Shown here: piece after piece, positions 35,035-47,790 of the stretch
How positions within the stretch are numbered: the first letter of the stretch is position 1
Layout: each line of letters starts with the position of its first letter
Assembly: GCF_006345805.1 (NCBI RefSeq)
Contig: NC_043003.1
Location: 48,174,001 to 48,238,000, forward strand
Direction of reading: 5' to 3'
Source: Octopus sinensis
Taxonomy: Eukaryota
Length of the DNA: 64,000 bases
Notes under the pieces: model-generated
Told to the model about the DNA's origin: nothing
Database searches by the model: none
What the model saw: only the letters and a program-made list of their open reading frames with translations
Position numbers and translations under genes: made by a program

Positions 35035-35870
35035 TAGAAGGATTTGCCACCATAATATCAGACACAAACACCCGACACACACGTCTCCAGGAACTTAGAA
35101 CCACACTCACAAATAGAAACTATCCACAGCCCCTAATAGACAGTGCAATCCAACGGGCACTTAAATTAAGTATAGAAGACCTGAAACAAACAAAACCAAA
35201 AAAGAAAGAACAATTATAAAAACCCTTCCCTACATCTCTACACACACCCACTCAACAATGAGGCCTTCAGCACCATACTACAAAGCACAACCCTGCTAAA
35301 GGAGACCCAAAGATGAACCGGATCTCGAAACACACACCATCATTAAAAGTAAACGGCAACCAAAATCCTTGAAAAGGATTTTAACCCAAGCTAAACTGCA
35401 CTCAACATCAACCACAAAACAGCAGTTAGAAAATGTGGAGGGCCCAACTGCGGAATCTGTGTCATCTTGGTAGAAGGTTCAGAATTTATACTAGAGAACA
35501 AGGTCATCAGTTCACCATCAGAGCAGCAAACTTCACCTGTGCATCAGAAAACTTAATTTACGTCTTAACATGCGCAGGCTGCAATAGGCAGTATATAGGC
35601 CATACAAAAAATAGCTTACGTAACAGGATGGCGGTGCATAAATCACAAATTAGAAACCCTGAATACCGGAAAATACCGGTCAGCGGACACATAGATAGAT
35701 GTGCTGCAAATGTAAATCCGAAATTTACAACTTACCCACTTTACAAATTCAGTGACAGCATAACCTTCACGCAACGCCAAAATAAAGAACTTTATTTCAT
35801 CAAAAAATTTAGACCAAGTTTGAACACCCTGGGCCAGGAATATTAAAACAAAACATTGGTCTTCCGAAAA
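35035..35870 (+). mobile_element. 5'-truncated Penelope-like element: RT thumb, linker, Cys-knuckle and GIY-YIG endonuclease (frameshifted)
   Basis: RLQELRTTLTNRNYPQPLIDSAIQRAL; SKRQPKSLKRIL; CGGPNCGIC; FTCASENLIYVLTCAGCNRQYIGHTKNSLRNRMAVHKSQI...ELYFIKKFRPSLN (ORF 35433-35846). Confidence 0.92.
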
Positions 35871-36084
35871 AGAAAAACGAAATTCTACCACAACCACTAC
35901 GACTGCCCCTACTCGCACTACTACTACAACCACCGTGGTCACTGTTGCTACGGCACAGTGAGAGAATTATAATAATGGAGGTGGGGCGAATTACAATTCT
36001 CAGATCCTTAAACAGTCACTCACGCTGGCAGTGATATGTCTTAGGGAAGGAAAAATTTATAAAAAGATTTCTTTCTCTGCGAGC

Positions 36085-36392
36085 AGATCTAATTCTGATT
36101 CGTCAAAAAATTGATGACGTTTTACCTCAGTGGTCAAGCTATTGTCACCCTGCTTGGTCGGTTTCCTCACAAGATACAGCTATGGGTCAGACCCGATTCT
36201 GATTCGTCAAAACATTGATGACGTTTTCTTCCGTAGTCAAACTACTCGTTCTGCTGGGCTAACCACCTAACAGGATACAGTCATGGGTCATATCTAATTT
36301 CGATTCGTCAAAACATTGATGACGTTTTTCTTCCGTGGTCAAACTTGTTGTTCCGCTTGGTTGGTTTCCTAACAGGATACAGTTAGGAGTCT
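36085..36392. repeat. Tandem array of three about 105-bp units
   Basis: GATTCGTCAAAA(A/C)ATTGATGACGTTTT at about 36097, 36199 and 36302; each unit ends CA(A/G)GATACAG. Confidence 0.85.
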
Positions 36393-36792
36393 TTTCACTA
36401 TATTCGTTGAGGCTGGGTTTTGATTGGTTTGGAACTATATGACGTCAGTGAACAGTGCCAGAGACCACAGTTTAGCTGATATAAATCCAACAATCACAAA
36501 ATTTACCAAAATTATGCCAGCAGACGCCGACCAAAAATCATTACTGTTGCTCCCATTGGAACACAAGGTAAAATCTATAATGAACTCATCGCCTTTTCAA
36601 GAACATGATTTTTTTTATATTTGACTCTATTGAATGTATGTCACAATTATGAACTGTTACATCATACTCTTTAAACATTGACTCTCTTTATTATATAAAA
36701 AAATTTTTTGATAAGGTTCGTTATTTCAAGAACCGAAACATGTTAAATTAAAATTTATCTAATATAGCGGCATTTTCAAACTTCATTTTTTA

Positions 36793-36882
<90 letters not shown>

Positions 36883-36883
<1 letters not shown>

Positions 36884-38032
36884 TAGTGGTGTACCCTGTA
36901 ATTCCGGGAAAGTAAAATTCTAATGAAACGCTTTATTACTCTGATGTAAGAAAGTAATTTCGTTATAACAGCCACAAAAGGTGTATTTTCCATCACGAAA
37001 AAGTACAAAAAACTGTCACCTGGAGGAGGGAGAGATTGTTGGACGTTGGCGAGAGAGGTTTTCGGAGGTTGACGAGAAAGATTGTCGGAGGTTAGTGAAA
37101 GAGGTTGTCGGAGTTTGGCGAGAGGCAAAGACATTATTCTGCTTAGCGAAGGCATCTGGGAAATGTATAGCTGCTGTCATTCACAGAAAAACTATTGTTT
37201 TACCATGAGAAAAACGCTGTTGGAGTGTTAAGTGAAATTTGGCAGTCGAGGATCGAATCCACGCTATGCCTGCAAGAAGCCACTACAAATACTTTGTGGA
37301 ATAAAAAAATTATCTACTGTCATCGAAAAAGTGTAAATGCAGAATTATCGGAGTAATGGGCATTCAAAAAAATTGTTTTTATAGAAATGTATGAATGATG
37401 TCTTTAACGTTTAAGATTCAAATTAAGGAAGTGCAATAATAATGTTTAGCAGTTCCAAACTGTGAGTAGTGAAATGCAGAGTTAGGTCGACTGATCGAGA
37501 GAATCAAATATTGATCGGTTCGCTAAAATCTGCAGGTGGTATGGGTTATTTCCTTTGAGTAGTTTAAATAAAATATTAGTAATATGTAGTAGATAAACGG
37601 ATCCATCGGAAGGTCCCTATTATCGATTTTTTCAACAATCTAAGTATGTCACGAGGTTTCCAGACACGAATTCTACTCACGTGTTAGATAAAATATAAAA
37701 GTGATATTGTCTGCAAAAATTAGAAATAGGAACACACAAAAAATCAATATTCAAAGTAATCGAATATAAACAATGAAATAGGTTATTTCCCTTGAGTGTT
37801 AAAAAATATTGTACAGGTGCTATGGGTTATTTCCCTTGGGTGTTTAAAAATAGTTATATGAGGTATATATAAAGGTCCCTTCCAGGTGCCGTATTATCGA
37901 TTTTTTTCAACAATCTAAGTATGTCACGAGTTCTACTCACGTGTCAAGTTTCATCAAAATCAATAAAACGACGTAGGAGCTAGTTAACAACGCCACAAAC
38001 AAACACACACCTATTTTCCACATATGTAGTAT
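36883..38032 (-). mobile_element. Non-autonomous Helitron
   Basis: Minus 3' end CCCGG-AATTA-CAGGG hairpin followed by CTAG|T. Shares GATT(T/C)TGATGAAACTTGACAC with 56717-57853. Internal duplication 37545-37690 / 37825-37945. Confidence 0.75.
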
Positions 38033-38057
38033 GTGTGTGTATATATATATATATAAC

Positions 38058-38330
38058 GAGGGGACATGGCTTAGTCGTTAGGGTGTTATGATCGCAGTTT
38101 CAATTCCTGAAGTGGGCGGTCTGTTGTGTTCTTAAGAAAACACTTCATCTCACGTTGATCTGCGATTATTTCGACACCTGATGTGTGATACACCGTGCAC
38201 CTGTTCGGGCAACGTCGATTTGATGGAGAGAGTGAGTTAATGTATAGCGCATATATCTGATCACTATAAACAAATTATTTGTTCTGGCCGTTCAGCAAAA
38301 ACTGAACACTTATTTGCCGTCTTCCACGTA
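38058..38330 (+). mobile_element. tRNA-head SINE (third family)
   Basis: GAGGGACATGGCTTAGTCGTTAGGG (A-box-like) and GTTTCAATTCC (B-box-like), followed by TTGTGTTCTTAAGAAAACACTT. Confidence 0.6.
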
Positions 38331-38374
38331 AGATTCCATTATATGACCACAATGCACATTTGCATTTTTTTAAG

Positions 38375-38527
38375 CCTTCAAATGACGCCACCCTGATGGC
38401 TAAGCGGGAAGGCTAACTTCCCCTCCCGATCGAAAGTGGTGACTGGAACAACTTGAAATGAAGTGGTGTGCTCAACACAACGTACCTCTCTCTCAGGGAA
38501 TCTAACCCACTAGGCCACGTACCTTCA
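38375..38527 (-). mobile_element. Internally deleted tRNA-head SINE
   Basis: Minus strand GTGAAGGTACGTGGCCTAGTGGGTTAG head. Confidence 0.5.
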
Positions 38528-38550
38528 CCACACACACACACACACACAAT

Positions 38551-38705
38551 GGGCTTTCACACAGTTTCCGTCTACCAAATTCACTTACAAGGATTATAAG
38601 TCGGCAACTATAGTAAAAGATATATGCCCAATGTGCCACACAATGGTATTGAACCTGAAGCTGGTTGCTAAGTGATCTTCTTTACCACATAGTCATGTCT
38701 GCTCC
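38551..38705 (-). mobile_element. SINE family A head, diverged
   Basis: CAGTTTCCGTCTACCAAATTCAC...CTATAGTAAAAGA...GCCCAATGTGCCAC. Confidence 0.7.
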
Positions 38706-38759
38706 TATTTCATGCTCTCTGATCCCGGATGTAATGAAATAGATAGAAAAGAGAGTGCA

Positions 38760-39791
38760 GGGTAGATACAATGTCATTCATATCTTATCACTTTACTCTT
38801 TGTTCTAAGCTCTACTGTTTTATCGTGTTTTGAACTTCTCGAACGAAATTTAACCTGTACCCAGCAGTCTTTCCGAAGTATCTCAAGGTTCTGGGTTTGT
38901 CATAAGTTAATCCCTAACTTGTCCGTTATTTTAGGTATGTAAGCGATGAAGTTTTATTTTTGTAGCGATGCCTGTTATGGTGCAACGTTAGTGTTGCTAG
39001 TTTGTAACGATTGATTCTTGGGAAGGCTGCAATTCTCTTATTCCGGGGTCACCAGTTGTAACGGTAGAAATTGATTAGTAAACATTAAGATGTGTCGAAG
39101 TCAGCAGATACAACGATAACAATTTGTTGTTATAATCGCATACTGTAGGATGCGAAAGATGAACAATGCATGAAGTTTTAAGAAAGTTTTATTTACCGTT
39201 ACGTTACAAATACCTTGCCTCGACGAGCAGGTTATGATAAATCCAAAAGCATGCGAAGTAAAGTTTGATGCGGTAGAATGTTTCTTTACCTAGTTTAGCG
39301 TATACGAATAGTTTGTAGTAATCCACAGATAGCGATAGAATGATGTTGTAAGAGAACGGAATTAGAGCTTGAGAGAAGTATAGGGTGTTGTCTCACAGTT
39401 GCTAACAGTAAACTTCATTTCTCCCTCTGACCAAGGTTCTAGATGGTCAGCAAGACCTCGTCGTCACCGACTGTGACTACTTGGTTGAATCGTCACCGAC
39501 TATGACAAACTGAGTTTTGCTTGGGGTATGCTTGCTTATATAACTATCCAGAAGGATAGCTATTTCATTGAGAACAATAGATTTAGTTGGTGATCTTGTT
39601 ATCTCTATTCTAGCTTTTGGTGAAGTAGAAGAGGTTAGAAAGGGTCAAGTGGAGAAGACATTATTTCGGCCTAACTAAAGGCATCTGGAAAATGTAAAAC
39701 TGCTGCCGGAGAAAAACCATTGTTCCACCGTGGGAACAGTTCTGTTGCAGTGTAAATTTAAATTTGGCTATGGTGGATCGAATCCACTTCA
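38760..39791 (-). mobile_element. 5' LTR (39057-39791) with PBS and truncated leader
   Basis: LTR colinear with 10240-10977. Minus strand TGGTGACCCCG (39044-39054) lies 2 nt from the LTR end and matches the 3' end of tRNA-Trp. Confidence 0.8.
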
Positions 39792-39837
39792 TGCTTGCAA
39801 AATCCACTACGGGTATTTAGATATTTTCTTTTGTCGC

Positions 39838-40035
39838 GATGTATGTATGTATGTATGTATGTATGTATGTATGTATGTATGTATGTATGTATGTATGTAT
39901 GTATGTATGTATGTATGGATGGATGGATGGATGTACTTAAGTAAGTTGGTAGGTAGGCTGGTATATTTGTATGTATGCTTGTGTATTTATATGTATGTGT
40001 GTATGTATGTATGTATGTATATGTATGTGTATATG

Positions 40036-40067
<32 letters not shown>

Positions 40068-40090
40068 TGTATGTATGTGTGTGTGTGTAT
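39838..40090 (+). repeat. (TATG)n/(TGGA)n microsatellite
   Basis: Direct reading. Confidence 0.95.
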
Positions 40091-40473
40091 GACATTGTTC
40101 GTTTTTATTTCAAGAGTTCTTACCAAGAGAGAAAATGCCGGTTTCTAACTTAGACCCAAGGCTCCTTCATTGGAATTTAAACAATATCAACAGGGTATTC
40201 TTGCAGGTATGTGTAAATGTGTGTAGTATTTGGAGTCAGTGCATTTGCAGATTTGTATGTTTTGTTTTATGTATACATTCTCATGCATATTGTTGCATAT
40301 CTAGACATGCACATATATTCCAAATTGGTAAACTTCTGGAAAGTTTTACTGATTCTTATAGTTGTAGTGGTGGCTTGAATCTGTAGTCTTTGAAACGGCT
40401 TTCTCCTTTCTGGTTTTGAGAAGCCTAATTTCTCAAGATTGATACTTAGACAGTATGTTACATATCTCGTGTG

Positions 40474-40556
<83 letters not shown>

Positions 40557-41162
40557 ATATATGTGTATGTATGTATGTAATGGACAAGTATGTTTCTCAC
40601 GTCGGAGTTACCAATTGTAGCGTACAGATGTGAAGTTACTTGACGTAGAAATAGCGATTCTTGTTCTGCGTCGGGGTCGCTATATGTAAATAGTCGAAAG
40701 TAGGATGAGAGCGTAACAACATCGAAAACAAACAACAGTAATATTTACAGACTTTATTTGCCAACTATGGTCAGTAACGCAAATTTAGTGGTTATTGCAG
40801 TGACAATCACAATGTTGTTTCTCGCGCGCTTAGCATTTTCCCAGCGTGTTAAGAATTCTGTCAGCTCGTGACCTTAAAATACATTTATGTATATTAAAAT
40901 TACTTAGTATTAAATAAAATAATAATGAAATTATTGTATACAGTGCTCAGGTGCACCACAACAGATATATATAAGTAGGTGAATGTATTATCCTATGTTT
41001 ATCGTTCGACTCCATTCTTTCATTTATTCATATATATATATACAGGTAGAGGAAGATAGAATAATAGACAGGGGACTGTTATGTGGATGGATGTATATAA
41101 ATATATATATATATATGTATGTATTTAGATGTATATATGTGTGGGGTTGGGGTATATATAAA

Positions 41163-42210
41163 GGCGTTCCTTCGTTTAAACTCGACAAAACTATAACAAG
41201 ACCTCGGTTGTTTCCGTGTCAACTCGACAATTCACTTCGGATATCTTCGTGACCTCCGTGACAGTGTGCGTGTTCTGTTTTTATATACTTATGTGTTGTG
41301 GAATATCATCATGGCTCGGCTTCGTGAACGGAGATCAGGAAGGCTGTCCACGTCGTATGCATGCATGCTCATGACTGATAAGTCCGATATGGGAAAGGCA
41401 GGTCCGTGAGCAGTGTCCACAGACGAAGGTAACATCCGGTGTAGTGTCAGAGGCGGCTCGCGCCTTCCTCCTGCGTCTCTTGTCTTTAAGTGCGTCTCTT
41501 ATTTGTTCCTCAAACTTGCTGACTGCGTTGAAGATCGTGTGGCGCCAGACATCACGGTCCGCAGCCAGGTCTGACCAGCATTGGTGGTTAATTTGACATG
41601 CTGTTAGAGACTTCTTGAGGCAGTCTTTGTAGCGCTTCCTCGAAGCTCCTCTCACTCGGTGGACGGTGGAGAGTTCGCCAAACAGGGCAATCTTTGAAAG
41701 ATTGTACAAACGTGTTTGGCACAACAGTAGCCTGAAGAACAAAACAAGGATCAGTGTCTACAGGGCCGTGGTTCTCACCACTCTTCTCTATGGCTCAGAG
41801 ACCTGGATCACTTACCGCAGTCACATCCGTTTCCTCGAGTGCTTCCACCAGCGATGTCTCCGCACCATCCTCAACATTCACAGGAGTGACTTCGTCGCAA
41901 ACATTGAAGTCTTGGAGCGGGCCGAGATCCCCAGCATTGAAGCCACGCTACTGAAGTACCACCTCCGATGGGCAGGGCATGTCTCCAGAATGGAGAACCA
42001 TCGCCTTTCAAAGATTGCCCTGTAGAATATAGATATAACGAAATTATGCCAGCAAAAAGCCTTGCATATCTGTTCTTACCTGCTTCATGTGTGTATGTAA
42101 AATCCGCAAATTTTCGGAGGTCACGAAGATATCCGAAGTGAATTGTCGAGTTGTCACGGAAACAACCGCGGTTTTGTTATAGTTTTGTCGAGTTAAAACG
42201 AAGGAACGTC
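41163..42210. mobile_element. MITE with about 96-bp TIRs (MULE- or Merlin-like), interrupted by an RTE insertion
   Basis: TIRs 41163-41258 / 42115-42210 with few mismatches; 8-bp TSD TATATAAA. Confidence 0.85.
41307..42024 (-). mobile_element. RTE-clade LINE 3' fragment with 5' inversion
   Basis: 41307-41700 (minus) encodes KIALFGELS...RKRYKDCLKKSL...CGHCSRTCLSHIGLISHE plus a (GAT)n tail. 41701-42024 (plus) encodes the upstream KRVW...VYRAVVLTTLLYGSETW...LRWAGHVSRM. 6-bp TSD GAATAT. Confidence 0.92.
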
Positions 42211-42799
42211 TATATAAAAATATTTATAAATGATTATAGTGTTTAGACAGGTTTATAATCTAAGTTGTGTCCTCTCGAAGCACATCTACATTTTCACAGA
42301 GATCGAATGTATGCATATGGATATTTTATTTGGAATGAGAGATACGTAGCATTTGAAATTTCTGGCGAATTCTATTTGCGGAGTAATTACATATCAAAAC
42401 AAAAGAAACATTTGGTATATTTTTAATTTCCTGTTACGGTGTTTCAGAATATTTGTCTGATTAATTACTGATAGGAATTTCTATAGATGTTTTTTCTACA
42501 TGTATACGTCTGTAAGTCATATCCTGTAATTAAACGAATAAAAATATACTAAATCTTTCCAGTCTTTGCTTAAATAATACATAAATAATTATAGATAAAT
42601 ACTGATAGATAACTGAACAAGTTTAATCTTTTATCGGATACTTTTTCTATTAAGTCTTTTTGTCAATATGCTGCCCACTGGATGCGTTCGCTATTTTTCA
42701 GTTGCTACAACAGAAATGATAACGAATACTACTGAAAATATTAATAAGACATCCACAAGAGCCTTCAGATGGTGGATCCGAGATCAAGATGTATCTAAA

Positions 42800-43140
42800 T
42801 AGTGGTTTTCGACTACTTTTTATCTATGAACCCTTTGATTCCTATTATTTTCTAGTGGACCCCTATAGCCATTCTATGTTTAAAATCTAGTTTTATGGAT
42901 ATTGCTTTCAAAATTCCTATTTTGTTTTTCACACTTTAACTTGTGCAGGTTGAACTATGTAATTCGTTAGAGGAAGAAACCTAGCTGTTTCTTGCAATAA
43001 ATACATCCAAATCAAATTTTTTCATGGACCTTTAAAATACTACATGTGGATCTTCAATTTACTACTATACTTGCGTGGACCACCAAAATCTTACACAGAC
43101 CGCCCCCAGGGCCCATAGGGACCCCAGTTGAAGACCACCG
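42800..43140 (-). mobile_element. hAT (Charlie-like) MITE, same family as 61350-61627
   Basis: Ends AGTGGTTTTCGAC / GTTGAAGACCACCG; ATCTAAA on both flanks; internal homology to 61350-61627. Confidence 0.75.
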
Positions 43141-43151
43141 ATCTAAAGTAA

Positions 43152-43282
43152 TACCTATTTCTTTATTACCCACAAGGGGCTAAACATAGAGGGGACAAAC
43201 AAGGACAGACATAGGTATTAAGTCGATTACATCGACCCCAGTGCGTAACTGCTACTTAATTTATCGACCCCGAAAGGATGAA
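43152..43282 (-). mobile_element. SINE family B body
   Basis: ATACCTATTTCTTTATTACCCACAAGGGGC...GAAAGGATGAAAGGCAAAG. Confidence 0.85.
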
Positions 43283-43749
43283 AGGCAAAGGCGACCTCGG
43301 CACCAATGTCTTGAATTTATTAAATATATAAATGACATAAAAAAATGGCCAGCAATGGTTTTTCAAACGCTTCATGATGCTAGGAAAACAATTTATCCAA
43401 TGAATGGAAAGAAGGAGAGAGAGAGGAAGAATTTGAAGAATTTAAAATGTCTGAATTTATATCAGAATGTTTGTAAAAATGCAACGAATTGCACGTAATT
43501 TCTATCTTAAATGTGAATTTCTGTATGTATATCTGCATGGCTTCCTGCCTTAAAGACTCACACAAAGAAACAATAAGTTCTGCTAAGCAAAGTGGCCCAC
43601 GTGACATTGTACAGTCATCGCGTGCGTGGGATGGCCACTCCGGTCGGAAGAGGAGCGATCCTTTTTGCTTGTTCCATGATGGAGAGATCGTTTTGTCTTT
43701 CTAAACTATCGTTGAAGGAAGCTTATTTCATTAACGTAACCCAGAACAT

Positions 43750-44370
43750 CTTGACTCTCAGAATCTTTTAAAAAAAGATAAAATAATCCCAACTTTCACA
43801 ATTCTAAAACTAAGAATAGACAACGAAAAACATCACATGATACAATCACCAGTTCAATCTTCAAGTAACCACACTCGTTATTAAATGCTTCCTTAAATTA
43901 ATCAAAAGATACTCTTCCATTCTCACGAGAACCATTCTATATTCAAAACAAACTCACAAAAATTCTTTTACTCAGCAACCTGAAATGTCACGCAAAAACT
44001 TGAAAACATTAACTCAAAGGAACAGACACACAACATACAAAACCTAGCACAAGATTTTGCATATACCGAATTCCCTGCCTTCCAATTCATCCACCCTCCT
44101 TAACAATAAATGTTCCCACAAGAACATAGTCTACTCAGCAAAAATAATCAAATTGCCTCACTTAAAATGAGTTGAAACAAACTCAGCCAACATCGGTGAT
44201 CATTTAGCAAAATAAACACAAGATCAAAAACAACACTATCCAACTATATGTGAAATTGCAAAGACTCCAAGAAATCCCATTCCATTAACTAGCACCCACA
44301 GCAATGACAATCTCAAGACTAAACTAATATAAATTTTCGGGAATAGTAACTTTTCTCTTGTCAGAAACTT
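43750..44370 (+). mobile_element. Decayed Penelope/Poseidon-type GIY-YIG region
   Basis: A/C-rich. ...LNNKCSHKNIVYSAKII... and ...TLSNYM*... resemble the CPLxGxCLxxxIVY and TxLSxYxW motifs of this endonuclease group. Many stops. Confidence 0.5.
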
Positions 44371-44394
44371 CAAGCCTCCTCAGTATTAATATGT

Positions 44395-44586
44395 GCATGC
44401 ATACATACATACATACATACATACATACATACATACATGCATACGTACGTACATACATACATGCATACATACATACATACATACATACATACATACATAC
44501 ATACATACATACACACACACATACATACATACATACATACATACATACATACATACATACATACATACATACATACATACATACAT
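44395..44586 (+). repeat. (CATA)n microsatellite
   Basis: Direct reading. Confidence 0.95.
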
Positions 44587-44787
44587 TGTTGATGTTGTTG
44601 AAATTTCAACGAAGGAGCTTTGGATCTAAGTTAGAAACCGGATCTTTCTTTATTGGCATGATATAAAACTAAATCACGACATACATAAATACATACATAT
44701 ATGGGTGTGTATGACTATACATGTATACATGTATGTGTGTATGTATATAGGCATGCATATGTATGTTTCTTACTCATCTTACTCATC

Positions 44788-46080
44788 AGGCGCAGGAGTG
44801 GCTGTATGGTAAGTAACTTACTTACCAACCACATGTTTCCGGGTTCATTCCCATGGAGAAGTGTCTTCTACTATAGCTTCAGGCCAATCAAAGCCTTGTG
44901 AGTAGATTTGGTAGACGGAAACTGAAAGAAGCCCGTCGTATATATGTGTAAGGATAACGACCGTGCGTAAGGAGTTGGTGACAGAAATGTCTCCTTTTAA
45001 CGCCGCACGATCGCCCTAACAAAAGAAGAAGCCAAACACATGATATAAATGAATAAGTGCCAAAAGGAATAATGAGGACGACAACCGTTCTACTGTTTGA
45101 GAGAGGAAGGCATTATTTACAGAAGTGTACAGTAAGATAAAGTATGGGTGCTAGCAGAGTGTAGTGTCTGGGTGCGTGCACATGTGTGTCTGTGTGTCTG
45201 TTGTAAGAGTGAACATAAGTGCATGCAACAAGTGTTTGTGTCTGTGTGTTCATGTATGCGACAGAAGTACAAACAAGGTGTATGCGTATGTGAGACAGAA
45301 TACAATACAGAGCATGGAATGAGCCTCTCAGGATATCTTAGACAAGATGGACTTAATTTACCAGTTCGTAATAAGGTTACACAATAGTAATAGTTCTGTA
45401 ACAGGATGTTGGGGTCACAAGGTAGAATGTCGATTGAACACATATCGTGCAGCGGTTGTGGCTTCAATGCTGTGCCAGGTCTTTTGATACAGGAATTCTC
45501 GCAGGTAGTGCTGTGCTGTTAAGCTTGGTAAAAATCACAACAGCGTGGTGTTTAAACCTGAGCGAGTGCTGTGTACGTATTGGTGTTGCTGGAGATGAAG
45601 GCGACGGAGATGGAGAGCGTCATGCGTTGCTGGTGTATGTTAGCGTCGTCGCAGGAACTGGCTGTCTGGTTGTGGTGTGGTCAATGGTTGAGTCGCTCTG
45701 TAGTCAGAGGTTAGTCCTGAGAAGGACTGGAACCTACGACAGTGTTGCTGGAACATGGTTGAGTTGCTCTGTGGTCAGAAGTTAGTCCTGAGAAGGACTG
45801 GAACCTAAGACGAGAAATAGTGAATGCTGGGGCCTTTTATAACCTGCTAAAGGCTCCAGTGAGAACCCAAAAAGACAGTGTCATGGGACCTTATCCGAAG
45901 GCCGTGATTGGTTGGCTTACACACTGGCGCGAAATAAGTCAAGTTACAAACTGCGCCAATGTCAACCAATCAGAGCAGTGGACACAACAGGGTCAAAATA
46001 GCCAAAGATGGTTGCTATCTAACATGAGATCATTTCTGATGTATCTCTCAAACAGTGAGGATATCACCTAGCTACGCTAC

Positions 46081-46143
<63 letters not shown>

Positions 46144-46156
46144 TATATATAATATA

Positions 46157-46192
<36 letters not shown>

Positions 46193-46425
46193 TGTATGTA
46201 TGTATATATGTGTGTGTATATGTTTGTGTGTCTGTGTCCCCCCAGCATCGCTTGACAACCGATGTTGGTGTGTTTATGTTCCCTGTAACTTAACGGTTAG
46301 GCAAAAACGACCGATAGAATTAGTACTAGGCTTACAAAGAATAAGTCCTGGGGTCGATTTGCTCGACTAAAGGCGGTACTCCAGCATGGCCGCAGTCAAA
46401 TGACTGAAACAAGTAAAAGAGTAAG
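44788..46425 (+). mobile_element. SINE family A split by a solo LTR
   Basis: Head 44788-44946 and microsatellite plus tail 46082-46425 are the two halves of one SINE. Confidence 0.85.
44947..46081 (-). mobile_element. 1.13-kb solo LTR (Gypsy-type 4-bp TSD)
   Basis: TGTAAGG...GCTACA ends; TSD TATG; minus-strand TATAAAAGG near 45840; about 69-bp internal tandem duplication at 45685-45812. Confidence 0.8.
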
Positions 46426-46799
46426 AGTATCTTTATTTATATATATATATTTTTTTTTATATGTATACTTATACCAGTAAGTATGTGTAATTATGTCTTG
46501 TCGCACGTACGTCTCCACACGTTTTCTGTATGTGGATCTATACCTAGGTACACATTTGTGTGTGTGTGTGTATGTGTGTGTGCGTGTGAATATTATTCTC
46601 CGTGTCCAAATGTACATGCAAATTTGTGTATCTGTGCATTTGTATATATGCATCGATATAAATCTATGTGCGTCTATCTGTACAATGTATGTATATACAT
46701 ATGCATCTGTATCTAGAATAGGCATCCGTCGGTCTCGAGAGGCCATGGAACTGCACCTGGAGAATTTGTCAGCTGCTGATGGTGGCCCAGCGTCTGCTG

Positions 46800-46801
46800 T
46801 G

Positions 46802-46832
<31 letters not shown>

Positions 46833-46985
46833 CTTTCTTCTTCTTCTTCTTCTTCTTCTTCTCCTCCTCCTCCTCTTCTTCTTCTTCTTCTCCTCCTCCT
46901 CCTCCTCCTCCTCCTCCTTCTTCTTCTTCTTCTTCTTCTTCTTCTTCTTCTTCTTCTTCTTCTTCTTCTTCTTCTTCTTCTTCGG
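46800..46985 (+). repeat. (CTT)n/(CCT)n repeat
   Basis: Direct reading. Confidence 0.95.
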
Positions 46986-47324
46986 TAGTCTTATTTTTAT
47001 CACCATACTTCTGTGCGTAAATAAGTCTATCTGAGTATTTGTGCATTTATCAAATTGTTTCCATGCACGTACACACACACATCTGTCACAAATTACATCT
47101 GTCACAAATATATGTGCATGAAATCGATCGTACGCACATGCACAAGCTTGTTCTCATCCGTGTCGATGTTTGCATATATAACTATATGTTGTCGCGTATG
47201 TATATCTTATATCTGTGTAAGTATCGTGTAAGCATCGAAGTGTACATCTCTGCGCGTATGCATATGTTTGCACATACATATATGTCAGTTTACATCTATT
47301 TGCATCTACTTGTACATGTATGGG

Positions 47325-47547
47325 CACCGTACATCTAGCGTGGCCGTGTGGTAGGTAGTTTGCTTCCCGACCTCGTGGTTCTGGGTTCGGTCCCACAGAG
47401 TAACACTTCGGGCAGCTGTCTTCTACTATAGCCCCGGGCCAACCAAAGCCTTGTCAATAGTTAAGCGACAAGCACAAAAACCACATACACACACTCGCGC
47501 GGAAAATGAAAGAAGGCCGTCCTATATATATATGTGTGTGGTGTGTG

Positions 47548-47592
<45 letters not shown>

Positions 47593-47790
47593 TGTTTGTC
47601 CCCACTACCATTGCTTGACAACCGATGCTGGTGTGTTTATGTCCTCGTAACCTAGCGGTTCGGCAAACGAAACATATATAGAATAAGTACTAGGCTTACA
47701 AAGAATAAATCCTGGAGTCGCTTTGTTCGACTGAAGGAAGTGCTCCAGCATGGCCGCAATCAAATGACTGAAATAAATAAAAGAGTAAAA
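47325..47790 (+). mobile_element. SINE family A
   Basis: Head GTGGCCGTGTGGTAGGTAG, (TG)n centre, canonical tail. Confidence 0.85.

Noticed and set aside
36085-36392. CRISPR-like array (conserved dyad plus variable middle)
   Set aside because: Eukaryotic context; the spacers are homologous to each other, there are only three units and no cas genes, so it is a minisatellite.
40100-40195. CAATGAAGGAGCC...TTAGAAACCGG motif (also 44585-44660) as a hammerhead variant
   Set aside because: U4 and G5 are not conserved in either copy, and an alternative simple hairpin explains the pairing; it is only a short shared repeat.
44335-44390. Minus-strand CTGAGGA-GGCTTG...CAAGA-GAAAAGTTA
   Set aside because: Stem II closing pair and stem III are mismatched; too degenerate to support from one copy.
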